A stretch of DNA of 64,000 nt from Caldisericota bacterium (GCA_024655865.1 JANLFM010000001.1:62397-126396); one strand, 5' to 3'; positions 8,759 through 20,763 are shown, counted from the stretch's first letter. Translations and numbers: made by a program. Notes: generated by a model from the letters alone, not told the origin.

Positions 8759-10772
8759 ACTGGGCACGGAAGAGATCCCCGCCCGCTTTCTTGAGGACAC
8801 GATTAGCCAGCTAAAAGAGCAGAGTGGAAGTCTTCTCAATGCTTCCCATTTTATATATAGAAACCTGGAGAGCTGGGGGACGCCCAGAAGATTAGTCCTC
8901 TACGCCCGGGACCTCCAATTTGATAGTTCCCAAGCCATTACCCTCAAAAAGGGGCCGCACCAGAGCATCGCTTTCACTCCCGAGGGAAGGCCGACCCAAG
9001 CCCTCCTCGGTTTTCTAAAAAAGGAAAATGGAAAAATAGAGGACATTGAGGTCAAGGATGGCTATACTTACTTGATCAAGCATGAGGAGCGCTCTGCAAA
9101 AGAGATACTCTCTAATATTTTGACTGAGGCCGTGCGGAGCCTCTCCTTTCCCAAAACAATGCGCTGGGGTGAAGGAGAATATTATTTTGTCCGTCCTGTG
9201 AGGTGGATTTGTGCCCTCTGGGGAGAAGAGCTTATCCCCGTTTCCCTGTTTGGAATGGAGAGCGCACCCTGCACGTATGGGCTTCGCTTTTTCTCAGGAT
9301 TGACGAAGATCGAGAGGGCTGAGGAGTACGAGGGTAAACTAGAGGATAATTTCGTCCTCGTTCGCCCGGAAAAGAGGAAGGAGAGGCTGGAAAGGTTGTC
9401 CCAGCAGTTAGCCATGGGAGTTGGAGGTAATCCCTATTGGCCCGAAGGATTGCTTGAGGAACTGGTTTACCTTTTGGAATATCCTACTCCCTTCCTGGGG
9501 AGCTTCCCCGAGGAGTACCTTGCCCTTCCCTCCGATGTCCTGATCACTACCATGAGGCATCATCAGAAACACCTGCCCGTTGTTGATGCTCAGGGGAACC
9601 TTTTAAATTACTTCATCTGTTTTCGCAACGGCCCTGCTCTGGGCGAGGAGATAGTAATCAAGGGAAACGAGCAAGCCCTCACCGGGCGCCTGGAGGACGC
9701 CCGCCTGTTTTTCACCAAGGACAGGGAGAAGAAGCTTATAGAAAGGGTCCCCGATCTTAAAGGGATCCTCTTTTACGAGAAACTGGGCACCCTCTGGGAG
9801 AAAACACAGAGGGTCGAGGAAATATCCGCCCTCCTCTGTGATTCCCTCAAAATCCCTTATCCTGAAAAAAATAAAGTTCTGCGCACGGCAAAGCTCGCCA
9901 AAACCGATCTCACCACATCCCTGGTTCAGGAGTTCCCGGAGCTTCAGGGGATTATGGGAAGAGAGTACGCTTTGCTCGATGGAGAGGATCCAGAGGTAGC
10001 CCAGGGGATTGCCGAGCATTATTGGCCGCGTTTCTTCGGGGATCAGGAGCCGAAGTCCCTCAGCGGTGCTATCGTTTCCCTGGCAGACAGGATAGATACG
10101 CTTACCTGTTTCTTCGGGTTGGGCATGGAGCCAAGCGGTTCCTCAGATCCCTTTGCTTTAAGGCGCCAGGGACAGGGGTTAATCTCGGTGCTATTAAAGA
10201 GGTCTTTCCCCCTGGACCTCAGAAAGGTTATTGATCTTGGGAAGCAGGTGAGCGGGAGGATCGTGCCCTGGAATGAAGAAAAAGGAATACGTCTTCTGGA
10301 ATTTTTGAAGCAACGCTTAAGATATGCTTTAGAGGAAGAGGGGTTCTCCTTCGAGGAAATCTCCTGTGTCCTTAATGGATCATCCCTTGTGCCACATGAG
10401 GTTCTGGAAAGGGCTCTGCTTTTAAAAGGCTTAAAGGAAGATGATTTAAAGAGCCTGGTTTTCTCCTTCAAGAGAATGAAAAACATCCTCAAGTCCGCAG
10501 GAAAATTTGAGCCCCAGATCCTGGTAGAAGAAATGGACGAGCCCGAGAAAGAACTCCTTTCAAAACTGGAAGAGATAGTAAGCCGGGATAACTCGAAATC
10601 CGAGCTTTTGCTTCAGAACCTGGTAGAAATTGCACCCTACATCGGGAAATTTTTTGACCAGGTTATGGTCATGGTTGAGGATGAAACAAAGAGGAGGAAC
10701 CGGCTCACTTTACTTCTAAATATCTGGGAATTCCTGGGCAGGTTTGGGGATTTCTCCGTCTTGCCCTTTTAA
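8742..10772 (+). CDS. glyS: glycine--tRNA ligase beta subunit
   Basis: About 676 aa starting [19 protein letters not shown] 8742 follows GGAGGGTG and overlaps the glyQ stop. Confidence 0.9.
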   Translation: MDLLFELGTEEIPARFLEDTISQLKEQSGSLLNASHFIYRNLESWGTPRRLVLYARDLQFDSSQAITLKKGPHQSIAFTPEGRPTQALLGFLKKENGKIEDIEVKDGYTYLIKHEERSAKEILSNILTEAVRSLSFPKTMRWGEGEYYFVRPVRWICALWGEELIPVSLFGMESAPCTYGLRFFSGLTKIERAEEYEGKLEDNFVLVRPEKRKERLERLSQQLAMGVGGNPYWPEGLLEELVYLLEYPTPFLGSFPEEYLALPSDVLITTMRHHQKHLPVVDAQGNLLNYFICFRNGPALGEEIVIKGNEQALTGRLEDARLFFTKDREKKLIERVPDLKGILFYEKLGTLWEKTQRVEEISALLCDSLKIPYPEKNKVLRTAKLAKTDLTTSLVQEFPELQGIMGREYALLDGEDPEVAQGIAEHYWPRFFGDQEPKSLSGAIVSLADRIDTLTCFFGLGMEPSGSSDPFALRRQGQGLISVLLKRSFPLDLRKVIDLGKQVSGRIVPWNEEKGIRLLEFLKQRLRYALEEEGFSFEEISCVLNGSSLVPHEVLERALLLKGLKEDDLKSLVFSFKRMKNILKSAGKFEPQILVEEMDEPEKELLSKLEEIVSRDNSKSELLLQNLVEIAPYIGKFFDQVMVMVEDETKRRNRLTLLLNIWEFLGRFGDFSVLPF

Positions 10773-10803
10773 ACACCACAATTTGTAAATCGGAGGTATC
10801 AAA

Positions 10804-13500
10804 ATGCCAAAAAAAGTTTACGATTTCAATGAGGGAACAGGGAAGATGAAAGACTTACTGGGAGGAAAGGGCGCCGGCCTGGCTGAAATGAGCCGCATTG
10901 GCCTACCAGTCCCTCCTGGCTTTACAATCACCACGGAAGCCTGCCTTGAGTTCCAGGCAAAAGGGGGAAAGGAGATTGATCCAGCACTCTGGGAGGAAGT
11001 GCTGGAACATCTGAGCAAGCTGGAGAAGAGGACCGGGAAAAAATTTGGTTCAGTGGAAAACCCGCTCCTTGTCTCCGTGCGCTCCGGGGCTCCAATTTCC
11101 ATGCCTGGAATGATGGACACCGTACTCAATTTAGGCCTGAATGACCAGACCGTGGAGGGCCTGGCTCGCCTCACCGGGAATCCCAGATTTGCCTATGATT
11201 CCTACAGGCGCTTCCTGACGATGTTCGGAAACGTGGTTCTGGGGATCCCTCATGATAAGTTCGAGCATATTCTGGAACAATACAAGGAAAAATACGGAGT
11301 AAAGTTAGACACCGAGCTCTCTACAGAGGCTTTGAAGGAAATAGTTCAGGCCATCAAGGAGATGGTAAAGAAGGAACTGGGAATTGATTTTCCTCAGGAT
11401 CCCTTAGAGCAACTGCGTCTGGCCGTGAAGGCAGTATTCCTTTCCTGGAACAACGAAAGGGCCATAGCCTACAGGCGCTTCAATAAAATCCCGGAAACCC
11501 TGGGTACCGCGGTCAACGTGCAGATGATGGTCTTCGGCAATATGGGTTCTGATTCTGGAACCGGCGTTGCTTTCACCAGAAACCCTGCCACCGGGGAAAA
11601 GGTGGTTTACGGGGAGTATCTTTTAAATGCCCAGGGCGAGGATGTGGTCGCAGGCATTCGCACCCCCAAGCCCATCTCCGCCATGAAAGACGAGCTCCCC
11701 GAAACTTACCAGCAGTTCATGGACACCTGTGCACTCCTGGAAAAGCATTTCCGGGACATCCAGGATATCGAGTTCACTGTGGAGAAGGGAAAACTCTACT
11801 TGCTCCAGACCCGCTCTGGAAAGCGCACCGCCCGTGCTGCCGTAAAGGTCGCCGTGGACATGGTAAACGAGGGCTTGATCACTAAAGAGGAAGCCGTAAT
11901 GAGGGTCGAGCCCAATCAAATCTATCAGCTTTTGCTCCCTCATTTTGACGAGAATGATAAAAGGGAAGCGGTTAAGCGCGGGGACTTCCTGGCCAAGGGC
12001 GTTAACGCTTCCCCAGGTGCTGCCACGGGAAAGGTCGTCTTCGACCCGGATACCGCTGAAGAGTTAGGGAAAAGAGGGGAAGCAGTGATTCTGGTCCGCG
12101 CTGAAACCTCGCCTGACGACGTTCACGGAATGATCATGGCCAAAGGAATCCTCACTGCTCGGGGTGGAGCTACCTCTCACGCTGCTGTGGTAGCGCGCTC
12201 CATAGGCAAACCCTGCGTTACAGGATGTGAGGCCATTAAGGTGGATATGGAACGCCGGGCTTTTACTGCTAACAGCGTTACGATTAAAGAAGGGGATTTC
12301 ATTTCCATAGATGGAGCAACCGGTGAGGTCTTCCGCGGGAAGATAAAAACCGAGGAGACCAAATTCTCTGAAGAGAAAGAACTTCAAACTATCCTGAGCT
12401 GGGCAGATGAGTTCCGGCGCCTTCAGGTTTGGGCTAACGCCGATTATCCCAGAGACGCTCAGAAAGCCAGAGAGTTCGGGGCACAGGGGATCGGCCTCTG
12501 CCGCACCGAGCACATGTTTTTTGAGGAGGAACGTCTGCCCATCGTGCGCAAGATGATCCTGGCCTCCAGTGAGGAAGAGCGCAAAGAAGCCCTGGATAAA
12601 CTTCTCCCCATTCAGAAAGAAGACTTTAAGGGGATTTTCCGCGCCATGGACGGGCTTCCTGTAGTCATTCGCCTCCTGGATCCACCACTCCACGAGTTCT
12701 TGCCGTCCTACGAAGAGCTGCTTGTGGAGGTTACCAGGTTAAGGCTGGAAGGGAAGGACCCCAAGGAGCTGGAAGAAAAGGAAAAGTTGCTCAAGGCCGT
12801 TGAGGGTATGCGCGAAATGAACCCCATGCTCGGCCTGCGAGGCTGCAGACTGGGCCTAGTCTTCCCCGCTATCAATGAAATGCAGACCCGAGCCATTCTC
12901 ACCGCTGCCATCGAGGTCTCTAAAGAGGGGGGCACTGCTCTGCCGGAGATAATGATTCCCCTGGTGGGACATGTAAACGAGCTCAAAGTGGTACGGGAAC
13001 AGTTAGAGAAGGTGGCGGAAGAAGTAACCAAGGAGAGCGGAGTCAAGGTAAACTACAAGTTCGGAACCATGATCGAGGTACCTCGAGCCTCTTTGACTGC
13101 TGACCAGATTGCCACTGTGGCTGATTTCTTCTCCTTCGGCACCAACGACCTTACCCAGATGACCTTCGCCTACTCCCGAGACGATGCTGAAGGCAAGTTC
13201 CTCTTCTCCTATCTGGAAAAGGGCATCCTTAAGGAGAACCCATTCCAGGTGCTGGATCGCGAGGGTGTGGGGAAACTCGTGAAGATGGGGGTTGAGCTCG
13301 GTAGGAGCACCAATCCCTCCCTCAAGGTAGGAATCTGCGGGGAACACGGTGGGGACCCATCCTCCATAGAGTTCTGTCATCAGGTAGGGTTGAATTACGT
13401 CTCCTGCTCCCCATTCCGCGTCCCTATTGCCAGATTGGCAGCCGCTCAGGCGGCCCTGAAAGAAAAAATGGCCAAAGTAGAGAAAATAGGAGAGGCGTAA
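10804..13500 (+). CDS. ppdK: pyruvate, phosphate dikinase
   Basis: 898 aa with GGKGAGLAEM, phospho-His region TARGGATSHAAVVAR, and GICGEHGGDP at the C-terminus. Confidence 0.95.
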   Translation: MPKKVYDFNEGTGKMKDLLGGKGAGLAEMSRIGLPVPPGFTITTEACLEFQAKGGKEIDPALWEEVLEHLSKLEKRTGKKFGSVENPLLVSVRSGAPISMPGMMDTVLNLGLNDQTVEGLARLTGNPRFAYDSYRRFLTMFGNVVLGIPHDKFEHILEQYKEKYGVKLDTELSTEALKEIVQAIKEMVKKELGIDFPQDPLEQLRLAVKAVFLSWNNERAIAYRRFNKIPETLGTAVNVQMMVFGNMGSDSGTGVAFTRNPATGEKVVYGEYLLNAQGEDVVAGIRTPKPISAMKDELPETYQQFMDTCALLEKHFRDIQDIEFTVEKGKLYLLQTRSGKRTARAAVKVAVDMVNEGLITKEEAVMRVEPNQIYQLLLPHFDENDKREAVKRGDFLAKGVNASPGAATGKVVFDPDTAEELGKRGEAVILVRAETSPDDVHGMIMAKGILTARGGATSHAAVVARSIGKPCVTGCEAIKVDMERRAFTANSVTIKEGDFISIDGATGEVFRGKIKTEETKFSEEKELQTILSWADEFRRLQVWANADYPRDAQKAREFGAQGIGLCRTEHMFFEEERLPIVRKMILASSEEERKEALDKLLPIQKEDFKGIFRAMDGLPVVIRLLDPPLHEFLPSYEELLVEVTRLRLEGKDPKELEEKEKLLKAVEGMREMNPMLGLRGCRLGLVFPAINEMQTRAILTAAIEVSKEGGTALPEIMIPLVGHVNELKVVREQLEKVAEEVTKESGVKVNYKFGTMIEVPRASLTADQIATVADFFSFGTNDLTQMTFAYSRDDAEGKFLFSYLEKGILKENPFQVLDREGVGKLVKMGVELGRSTNPSLKVGICGEHGGDPSSIEFCHQVGLNYVSCSPFRVPIARLAAAQAALKEKMAKVEKIGEA

Positions 13501-13506
13501 AACTGA

Positions 13507-14550
13507 ATGCTAATTCGAGAGCGGCAAGAAGAACTCGAGGAGAAGATACTTTCCCCCTTCGCTGCTCTCGCTAATAAAACCAGGGGAAGGCAAAGACCGG
13601 AGCCGGAATGCCCCATCAGGACAGCCTTTCAGCGCGACCGCGATCGCATCATTCATTCCAAGGCCTTTCGACGCCTGAAGCACAAGACTCAGGTTTACAC
13701 GGACCCTACAGGAGATCACTACCGCACTCGCCTGACCCACACCCTTGAAGTTTCTCAGATTGCGCGCACTATTGCGCGAGCTTTAAGGCTGAATGAGGAT
13801 CTGACCGAGGCCATCGCCCTGGGGCACGACCTCGGTCATCCTCCTTTTGGCCATGCCGGGGAGGAAGCCCTGGATTCCGCTCTCCGTGCAGTTGACCCGG
13901 GACTGCACTTTTTCCACCCCGAGCAGAGCTTGAGAGTCGTGGATTTCCTGGAGAAGCAGAAAAACGCCGATGGTACTGAGGAAGTGGGCCTGAACCTCAC
14001 CTGGGAGGTAAGGGACGGCATCCTGCACCACTCTAAAGGGGAGAGCCAGATTGACCTCAGTGGCCCCTCCACCCTCGAAGGGCAAATTGTGAAACTCGCG
14101 GACAGAGTGGCGTACTTGAATCACGATATCGATGACGCCCTCAGGGCAGGAACTTTGACGCCCAAGGAGCTTCCCTTCCAGAGGATCTTTGGATATGGGG
14201 CATCAGAGCTTATCGATGTAGTAGTCAAGGACGTGGTGGAGCAGAGCGAAGGCCAGGACCAAATCCTCATCAGTCCCCAGATCAGGGAAATGCTCGACCA
14301 GCTTAAGAATTTTTTGTTTCAGGAGGTTTATCGCGACCCCGAAGCCAAACGGGAGGAGGATAAGGTCCGAAGGATGATCTGTACCCTCTTTAATTTTTAC
14401 CTGGAACACCCCGAAACCCTTCCTCAGCCTCCTTTAGAGTCTTTCGGAAGGCTCTCCTTAGCTCAGGCCGTAGTGGATTATATTGCCGGGATGACCGACC
14501 GCTTTGCGGTCAAAACCTTCAGCCAGTATTATTTGCCTCAACCCTGGTAG
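13507..14550 (+). CDS. dgt: dGTP triphosphohydrolase-like HD-domain protein
   Basis: 347 aa with FQRDRDRIIHS, RTRLTHTLEV and GHDLGHPPFGH motifs. Its position upstream of dnaG-rpoD fits. Confidence 0.85.
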   Translation: MLIRERQEELEEKILSPFAALANKTRGRQRPEPECPIRTAFQRDRDRIIHSKAFRRLKHKTQVYTDPTGDHYRTRLTHTLEVSQIARTIARALRLNEDLTEAIALGHDLGHPPFGHAGEEALDSALRAVDPGLHFFHPEQSLRVVDFLEKQKNADGTEEVGLNLTWEVRDGILHHSKGESQIDLSGPSTLEGQIVKLADRVAYLNHDIDDALRAGTLTPKELPFQRIFGYGASELIDVVVKDVVEQSEGQDQILISPQIREMLDQLKNFLFQEVYRDPEAKREEDKVRRMICTLFNFYLEHPETLPQPPLESFGRLSLAQAVVDYIAGMTDRFAVKTFSQYYLPQPW

Positions 14551-14552
14551 GA

Positions 14553-16313
14553 ATGGTTGATTATTCTGACTTTCTGGATAGATTGAGGAGCGAGGTGGAC
14601 ATCATTTCTTTGGTCTCCGACTACGTCCATCTGCGCCGCTCCGGAAAAAACTACATCGGGCTTTGCCCCTTCCATCAGGAGAAGACCCCTTCCTTCACAG
14701 TCTCGCCCGAGCGGAGAATGTTTTACTGCTTTGGATGCCACGCGGGAGGGGACGCCATCACCTTTTTAATGAAGATCGAAAACTTAACTTTCCCTGAGGC
14801 AGTTGAGGCCTTGGCACGAAGGTTGGGGCTCAAAGTCCCCCAGAAAACAGGCAGCGACCAGGAGCGCAAGGATAAATATTACAGGGTTAACGAGTTAGCC
14901 TGTTCCTTCTTTGAAAACTGCCTGAATGGCCCGGAAGGTATGAAGGTACGGGATTACCTTATCCAGAGAGGCATCAAGGAGGAGACCTGGAGGATCTTTC
15001 GCCTGGGATACGCCCCCGAGAGCGGGCCTTTTCTCCAATTTATGCAAAAACAGGGAATAGATCCATCCTTACTTTTACAGGTAGGGTTGATCAGGGATAA
15101 AGTGGGAGGAAAGGAACTATTCAGGAACCGCCTGATGTTCCCTATCATGGATCTGCGCGGGAGAGTAATCGCTTTTGGAGGCAGAGCCCTGGACGATTCT
15201 CAGCCTAAATACCTAAACACGGGCCAAACTCCCATTTTCGAAAAAGGGCGCCACCTCTATGCCTTACACCTGGCTAAAAGGCCGATTACCGAAGTAGGAA
15301 ACGCTATCGTGGTTGAAGGTTATCTGGACGCCATTGCCTGTCATCAATTTGGCTTTCACAACGCTGTGGCTTCCTTGGGGACAGCTCTCACCAGAGAGCA
15401 AGTTGGCCTTCTGGCCAGGTTTTCCAAAAAAGTAATTTTAGCCTACGATGCTGATCTCGCTGGGGTCATGGCAACCCTCCGTTCTCTGGAACTTTTCGGG
15501 CAAATGGAGATGGAGGTAAGGGTGGCCAACCTAGGAGGATTCAAGGATCCAGACGAGCTCTTGCACCAGAAAAAGGCAGAGGGTTTTTCCAGAGCCATTT
15601 TAAGCTCTGTTCCAGCTCTGGATTTCGCATATGAGAAAATCCGTCAAAAGTACGACTGGAAAGTTTCCCAGGAAAAAAAGGAAGCAGTCCTGGAGCTCCT
15701 TTCCTTGATTTCCTCCATTGATTCCCCGCTTGACCAGGAAAAGTACATAAAGCGATTAGCTCTGGATTCCGGTTTTGGAGAGGACACCCTCTTTTCTCAG
15801 TTGCGGAAGCTAAAAAAATCTTCCGGTAAGGCAGTTTCTGACAGGAGCCCGACCGGACTCGATGAATTGGAGGGCATAAAGGCGAAACCCCCGGCGGCAG
15901 AAGTTACTTTTCTCAAAATAATTTTCGAAAATCCCGAGCTGATTGCTTTGGTAGAGCAAGAGCTGGATCCTGAGGATTTCTCACACCCCTACTTAAAAAA
16001 AATTTTTCAGGAATCCCTTTTCCGCTTCAAAAATGGCCAAATAGATATTTATAATATAACTTTCGATGAACCTGAAGCATCAGCTTTTCTGGCGCGGCTT
16101 CTTCTGGAATCCCTTCCCGAGACTGAAGAGCCAGGAAAGGAGCTCAAAAAATGCCTTTTAAAGATCAAAAAGGAGCGGCTGACCAGGGAGTACAAGAGGC
16201 TAAGCGAGGAAATCAGCATCCTTGAGCGCTCAGGGGATCTAGAGCTCTATCGAAAAAAACTGGAAGAGCTCCAGTTAATTGTGAATAAAATTAGAAGTCT
16301 AACTGTTAAATAA
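14553..16313 (+). CDS. dnaG: DNA primase
   Basis: 586 aa with zinc ribbon [15 protein letters not shown] and a TOPRIM region ([15 protein letters not shown]). Confidence 0.95.
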   Translation: MVDYSDFLDRLRSEVDIISLVSDYVHLRRSGKNYIGLCPFHQEKTPSFTVSPERRMFYCFGCHAGGDAITFLMKIENLTFPEAVEALARRLGLKVPQKTGSDQERKDKYYRVNELACSFFENCLNGPEGMKVRDYLIQRGIKEETWRIFRLGYAPESGPFLQFMQKQGIDPSLLLQVGLIRDKVGGKELFRNRLMFPIMDLRGRVIAFGGRALDDSQPKYLNTGQTPIFEKGRHLYALHLAKRPITEVGNAIVVEGYLDAIACHQFGFHNAVASLGTALTREQVGLLARFSKKVILAYDADLAGVMATLRSLELFGQMEMEVRVANLGGFKDPDELLHQKKAEGFSRAILSSVPALDFAYEKIRQKYDWKVSQEKKEAVLELLSLISSIDSPLDQEKYIKRLALDSGFGEDTLFSQLRKLKKSSGKAVSDRSPTGLDELEGIKAKPPAAEVTFLKIIFENPELIALVEQELDPEDFSHPYLKKIFQESLFRFKNGQIDIYNITFDEPEASAFLARLLLESLPETEEPGKELKKCLLKIKKERLTREYKRLSEEISILERSGDLELYRKKLEELQLIVNKIRSLTVK

Positions 16314-17434
16314 TGGTGAACAGCGGCATGGAAAAAGAAAGAAATTCAACCCGGGACAAAAAAGGCACAACACTCGCAGAAATTCAGCAACTCGTCGAGA
16401 AGGGTAAAAAGCAGGGTTCCTTAAGCTATCAGGAAATTATGGATACCCTGCAAGAAATACCTTTGTCCGCCGAAGAGATCGATGAGATGTACCAGACTCT
16501 GGACGAGATGGGAGTCAGGGTTTTAGATGAACAAACCCAGGCCCTTGCTCAGGAACCAGTAGTAAGTGAGGAGGAGCTCAAGGATGAGTATCTCCTTGCT
16601 GGTGTGGATATCGACGATCCAGTCAGGCTATACCTGAAAGAGATCGGCAAAGTCCCCCTGCTTACTCAGGAAGAGGAAGTGGATCTGGCAAAAAGGATTG
16701 AAGCTGGGGACGAAGAGGCCAAGAAGAAATTAATCCAGGCCAATTTGCGTCTCGTGGTCTCCATTGCCAAAAAATACGTCGGTCGAGGCCTTCTTTTCCT
16801 GGACTTGATCCAGGAAGGCAACCTGGGGTTAATTCGTGCTGCTGAGAAGTTCGACTACCACCGCGGTTTTAAATTCTCCACTTACGCCACCTGGTGGATC
16901 AGGCAGGCCATCACCAGGGCCCTTGCTGACCAGGCCCGGACTATCCGCGTCCCTGTTCATATGGTGGAAACCATCAACAAGCTGGTGAAGACCACCAGGG
17001 CCCTTGTACAAAGGCTGGGGCGCGAGCCCACTGAGGAGGAAATCGCTAGGGAAATGGAAATCCCCGTGGAGAAGGTCCGGGAAATCCTTAAGGCTGCCCA
17101 GGAACCAGTTTCCCTCGAAGTCCCCATTGGTGAAGAAGAAGACTCTCATCTGGGAGACTTCGTGGAAGATAAAAAGATCGTAGCTCCTTCCGAGGCTGCC
17201 TTCCAGAGCTTGCTACACGATCAAGTTCGTGAGATCCTCAGTTCCCTCTCTTATAGGGAGCAGAAGGTATTAAGTCTGCGCTTCGGGCTAGAGGATGGAC
17301 ATCCGCGGACCCTGGAGGAGGTTGGAAAATTTTTCGGGGTAACCCGGGAGAGAATCCGCCAGATTGAGGCCAAGGCTCTGCGCAAGTTGAAACACCCCTC
17401 GCGCTCCAGGAAGCTCAAGGACTTTCTGGAGTAA
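16313..17434 (+). CDS. rpoD: RNA polymerase primary sigma factor (RpoD/SigA)
   Basis: 373 aa with the region 2 to 4 signature [40 protein letters not shown]. Its start forms a TAATG overlap with dnaG. Confidence 0.95.
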   Translation: MVNSGMEKERNSTRDKKGTTLAEIQQLVEKGKKQGSLSYQEIMDTLQEIPLSAEEIDEMYQTLDEMGVRVLDEQTQALAQEPVVSEEELKDEYLLAGVDIDDPVRLYLKEIGKVPLLTQEEEVDLAKRIEAGDEEAKKKLIQANLRLVVSIAKKYVGRGLLFLDLIQEGNLGLIRAAEKFDYHRGFKFSTYATWWIRQAITRALADQARTIRVPVHMVETINKLVKTTRALVQRLGREPTEEEIAREMEIPVEKVREILKAAQEPVSLEVPIGEEEDSHLGDFVEDKKIVAPSEAAFQSLLHDQVREILSSLSYREQKVLSLRFGLEDGHPRTLEEVGKFFGVTRERIRQIEAKALRKLKHPSRSRKLKDFLE

Positions 17435-17446
17435 TCCCAAAAGCCC

Positions 17447-18265
17447 ATGGCCCTGGTCCTCAGGGAAATCAGGGTTGCATCCATTCTCAACCGCTCAGCT
17501 ATTTCCGGGATTGATTATGCCATCAACCCCTATACTGGCTGTCTCCATGGATGCGTTTATTGTTACGCGGATTTCATGCGTCGGTTCACGGGACACAGCG
17601 AGCCCTGGGGAGATTTTGTGGATGTGAAGATCAATTGCCCTGAGCTTCTGGAAAAGCAGGTCCTTAAAGCAAAACCGGGAGAAATTTCCTTTTCCACGGT
17701 CACAGATCCCTACCAGCCAGTGGAACGGAAGTACAGGTTGACCAGGCGATCGCTGGAGATCCTACTCAATACTCCTTTCACTGTCTCCATTCTCACCAAA
17801 TCGGTCCTCGTCCTGAGGGATATTGACCTTCTCAAAAAGATGAAGAACTCTACTGTGGGTTTCAGCATACCCATCTTCTCGGAAAAAATCAGCGCCCTTT
17901 TCGAAGGCAGAGCCTCTCCTCCTTCGGAGCGCTTTCAAGCATTGAGGAAGCTCAGACAAGAGGGGATATCCACCTGGCTTTTCATCGCCCCTTCCCTCCC
18001 TTCCTTCTCTGATTCCGAAGAGAATTTGGAGCAGCTTTTTAACCAGGCAAGGGATTCAGGTGTGGAGTATGTTCTGATTGATACTTTTCAGGCATATCCC
18101 CGGGTCTGGCATAAGGTTAAAGCATTGCTTCAAGAAAAATTTCCGCATCTTGTTCCCCTTTATGAAGAATACAGGGAGTTTAAAGATGAGTTTAAAGAGA
18201 GCCTGCGAATGAAGGCATCTGAGCTTGGGCGGATATTGGGAGTGGAAGTTCGCTTTGCCTTTTAA
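17447..18265 (+). CDS. radical SAM protein, SPL/SplB-like (COG1533-type)
   Basis: 272 aa with the CLHGCVYCYA CxxxCxxC motif about 30 aa from the N-terminus. Confidence 0.7.
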   Translation: MALVLREIRVASILNRSAISGIDYAINPYTGCLHGCVYCYADFMRRFTGHSEPWGDFVDVKINCPELLEKQVLKAKPGEISFSTVTDPYQPVERKYRLTRRSLEILLNTPFTVSILTKSVLVLRDIDLLKKMKNSTVGFSIPIFSEKISALFEGRASPPSERFQALRKLRQEGISTWLFIAPSLPSFSDSEENLEQLFNQARDSGVEYVLIDTFQAYPRVWHKVKALLQEKFPHLVPLYEEYREFKDEFKESLRMKASELGRILGVEVRFAF

Positions 18266-18292
18266 AATCTTTTGGAATCCTTCCTCCGGAAA

Positions 18293-18320
18293 TTGACGTC
18301 ACACTAAATTGTGCTAAAAT
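18293..18320 (+). promoter_or_regulatory. promoter for tRNA-Asn
   Basis: TTGACG (18293-18298), 16-nt spacer, TGc-TAAAAT extended -10 (18312-18320). The tRNA starts 14 nt downstream. Confidence 0.5.
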
Positions 18321-18333
18321 TCATTCAAATCGC

Positions 18334-18409
18334 TGCCTGGTAGCTCAATTGGCAGAGCAGCTGGCTGTTAACCAGCGGGTTGCAGGTTCGAGTCCTGCCC
18401 AGGCAGCCA
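18334..18409 (+). tRNA. tRNA-Asn (anticodon GTT), CCA encoded
   Basis: Hand-folded cloverleaf: acceptor TGCCTGG/CCAGGCA, D arm GCTC..GAGC, anticodon stem GCTGG/CCAGC with loop CTGTTAA, T arm GCAGG-TTCGAGT-CCTGC, discriminator G, CCA 18407-18409. Confidence 0.9.
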
Positions 18410-18450
18410 CTTGTTTATAGTGAAAACAGGGCGACCTCACAGTTACCATT

Positions 18451-18765
18451 TTATCCCTTTCCCGGGGTTATAAACTTCAACTCCTCTTCTAACTTCTGGA
18501 TCTGCTCTTTCAAATTCTGGATCTCCGTTTCCTTATCCTTCACCATAGACATGTAGCTCTGGAGGTCCTTCTCCGCTTTTTCCAGACGGGACCGCGCATC
18601 CTGCAAATCTGACTCCATGAGTTTGATCCGCGCTTCCGCCGCAGTGGCTTTCATCTCAGCTGCTGCTATCCTCTCCGTCATGGGAATGACTTTAAGAAAC
18701 CAGACCAAGGTGAAAGTGAGACCTGCAATAAAAACTAAAATCAATATCCACCCCAGGTATTTCAT
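18451..18765 (-). CDS. hypothetical membrane-anchored coiled-coil protein
   Basis: 104 aa with an N-terminal TM helix then heptad-rich sequence. AAGGAGG SD; lies 15 nt downstream of the PGI/PMI gene. Confidence 0.6.
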   Translation of the reverse strand: MKYLGWILILVFIAGLTFTLVWFLKVIPMTERIAAAEMKATAAEARIKLMESDLQDARSRLEKAEKDLQSYMSMVKDKETEIQNLKEQIQKLEEELKFITPGKG

Positions 18766-18780
18766 CCCTTTTTACCTCCT

Positions 18781-19836
18781 TCATTTTTCAGAAAGCCGCT
18801 TTTTTAAAATCCTTATAGCCTCAACGGGCGTGGGATCCACACCCTGAAGCAGAGCGAGGTAATAACTGAGAAAGTCACCCAGAATCACAAGGGAGAAAAG
18901 GCGGGCTAAGCGAGAATCGCCCTGACTCATGATTTCCTCAGCTCCCAAAAGGAAAGGCTTAATGATTTTCGTGGTGAGCGCTACCCGAAGAGCGGTTCTG
19001 GGGTGTTCCTCTTTATCCCTCAAAGTCAAGAGAAAGGAGTTTCTCTTCCTTAAAGACAGGGCCACAATCTCGTTGTGGTCCAACTCCGGGTAAAAATCCA
19101 CGAGTGCCGTGAGCTTGCTATTCTCATTGATCTGGGTTTTCCACCTTAAGGCGCTTGCGGCGGCAATTCCCGGGGTGGCGCAAATTATGATCTCCTTGTC
19201 TTCCAAGGCGAGCGCCAATTGCTTAGCGGGGTTTTGGGAAGCGGGTATCTCGGGGGAGTATCTTCTTGCGAGCTCCTCTAAAAGAGAAAAGGTCTCCTCC
19301 CACTGGGAGGAAAGGTCAGGTACCAGTTTTAGTTTTTCCATGTAGGCCAGGGCAGCACCGAACAAAAATCCTAAAGCAGCTCTGGGCTGAAATCCCGGAG
19401 GTACCAATAGAAGGGGGGACCCGAAATTTCTGGCAAGGGAGGCAAGTTGACCTCCGGAGGTTACCGCCACCACCTGGCCGCCTAATTTCAGGGCTTGTGT
19501 ACAGGCCTCAAGGGTCTCTTCTGTATCCCCGGAATAGCTCACGGCGAAATAAAGCGTTTTTTTTCCCAAAAAGGGAGGAAGATTGTAATCCCGAACTACG
19601 GTAATGTGCAGCGGTAATTTGTCCAGGAATAAAGAAGCGATAAGATCCCCGGAGATTGCAGAGCCTCCCATCCCTAAAAAGGCTACCCGGTCGATTCCCC
19701 GAATAAGTCGCAGCGGTTCCTCTTCCTGACCGATTTCCCTTCCCTTCTTAAGCATTAAGGGAAGATTTTTGATGGCATCCCCCATCCCCTGAACATCCAG
19801 AGAATACACCGATTGCTCATCCAGACGAGTGTCCAT
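18781..19836 (-). CDS. bifunctional phosphoglucose/phosphomannose isomerase (SIS-domain, archaeal-type PGI/PMI)
   Basis: 351 aa with SIS motifs GMGGSAISGD and SYSGDTEET; GGAGAGG SD. Confidence 0.75.
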   Translation of the reverse strand: MDTRLDEQSVYSLDVQGMGDAIKNLPLMLKKGREIGQEEEPLRLIRGIDRVAFLGMGGSAISGDLIASLFLDKLPLHITVVRDYNLPPFLGKKTLYFAVSYSGDTEETLEACTQALKLGGQVVAVTSGGQLASLARNFGSPLLLVPPGFQPRAALGFLFGAALAYMEKLKLVPDLSSQWEETFSLLEELARRYSPEIPASQNPAKQLALALEDKEIIICATPGIAAASALRWKTQINENSKLTALVDFYPELDHNEIVALSLRKRNSFLLTLRDKEEHPRTALRVALTTKIIKPFLLGAEEIMSQGDSRLARLFSLVILGDFLSYYLALLQGVDPTPVEAIRILKKRLSEK

Positions 19837-19989
19837 TTTTTACCTCTCCTTTTAAATTCACCCTGCCTCGATCTAAAAATACCACAACCGTTTAGCCATC
19901 AGCAACAGAACCGATTCAGGATATTCGGGGCGAAGGAAGGGGAATGTGGTAGAATTTGGGGTAATATTAGGAGCAAAACCTTTTAAAAA

Positions 19990-20763
19990 ATGGAAGAAGA
20001 GGAACTTTTAAGAAAAGGTGTAAATCTATACATGATGGGACGCTATAAGGAAGCGGAAAAATTGCTGCGGCTTTCCATGCGCACCGATCCTGATAGCTCT
20101 GGTAGTCTAATCTGTCTCGATTACCTGGTCAGAACCCTTATCGCCCAGGGAAAACTGGGGATGGCAGAAAGGGCAGCCAGAAAATTAGCAAGAGAAGGTG
20201 GACCAGTTATTGAGACTCGCTGGACCCTAGGAGAGGTCCTTTACAAAAGGGGAAAGTACGAGGAAGCCTACAAAGTTTTTGAAGAGGTGATCAACGAGGA
20301 TCCTGATTTCGGCCAGGGAGGTATCCTTGACAGGATCAACTTCCATCTGGCACTCAGAAAAGAAGGCAAGAAGTTCAAGCCCAATCCGGAAAATCAGATG
20401 GAAGCCTATTTCCTTTACCTTCAATATCAGGGATACATTTATCTCAAAATTTACCGAGAGGCAGAGTTCGCCATCAGGCAGGCCTTAGAGCTTGACCCTG
20501 ATAACCCCACCTATCACTATGAACTGGCAAACTTCCTGAAAATAAGGCCCAGGTTCTGCCCGAACTGCGGTGAGCCTGTGCACCCTGGATGGCGCAAGTG
20601 CACCGTCTGCGGGTTCAGCCTCTCTTACCCGGAGCCCAAAGTTTTTCAAATCTGCCCATTCTGCGGGGCAATAGTGGACACTCTATGGAACAGTTGTCCC
20701 TACTGCGGCAGGGACCCTTCTCAGCGCACCCTCTGGAATGATCAGGAAGATTGGGATTTTTGA
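19990..20763 (+). CDS. TPR-repeat protein with C-terminal double zinc ribbon
   Basis: 257 aa with TPR-like helices (YKEAEKLL, YEEAYKVFEE) and two CxxC-N-CxxC ribbons (CPNCG..CTVCG; CPFCG..CPYCG). Confidence 0.7.
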   Translation: MEEEELLRKGVNLYMMGRYKEAEKLLRLSMRTDPDSSGSLICLDYLVRTLIAQGKLGMAERAARKLAREGGPVIETRWTLGEVLYKRGKYEEAYKVFEEVINEDPDFGQGGILDRINFHLALRKEGKKFKPNPENQMEAYFLYLQYQGYIYLKIYREAEFAIRQALELDPDNPTYHYELANFLKIRPRFCPNCGEPVHPGWRKCTVCGFSLSYPEPKVFQICPFCGAIVDTLWNSCPYCGRDPSQRTLWNDQEDWDF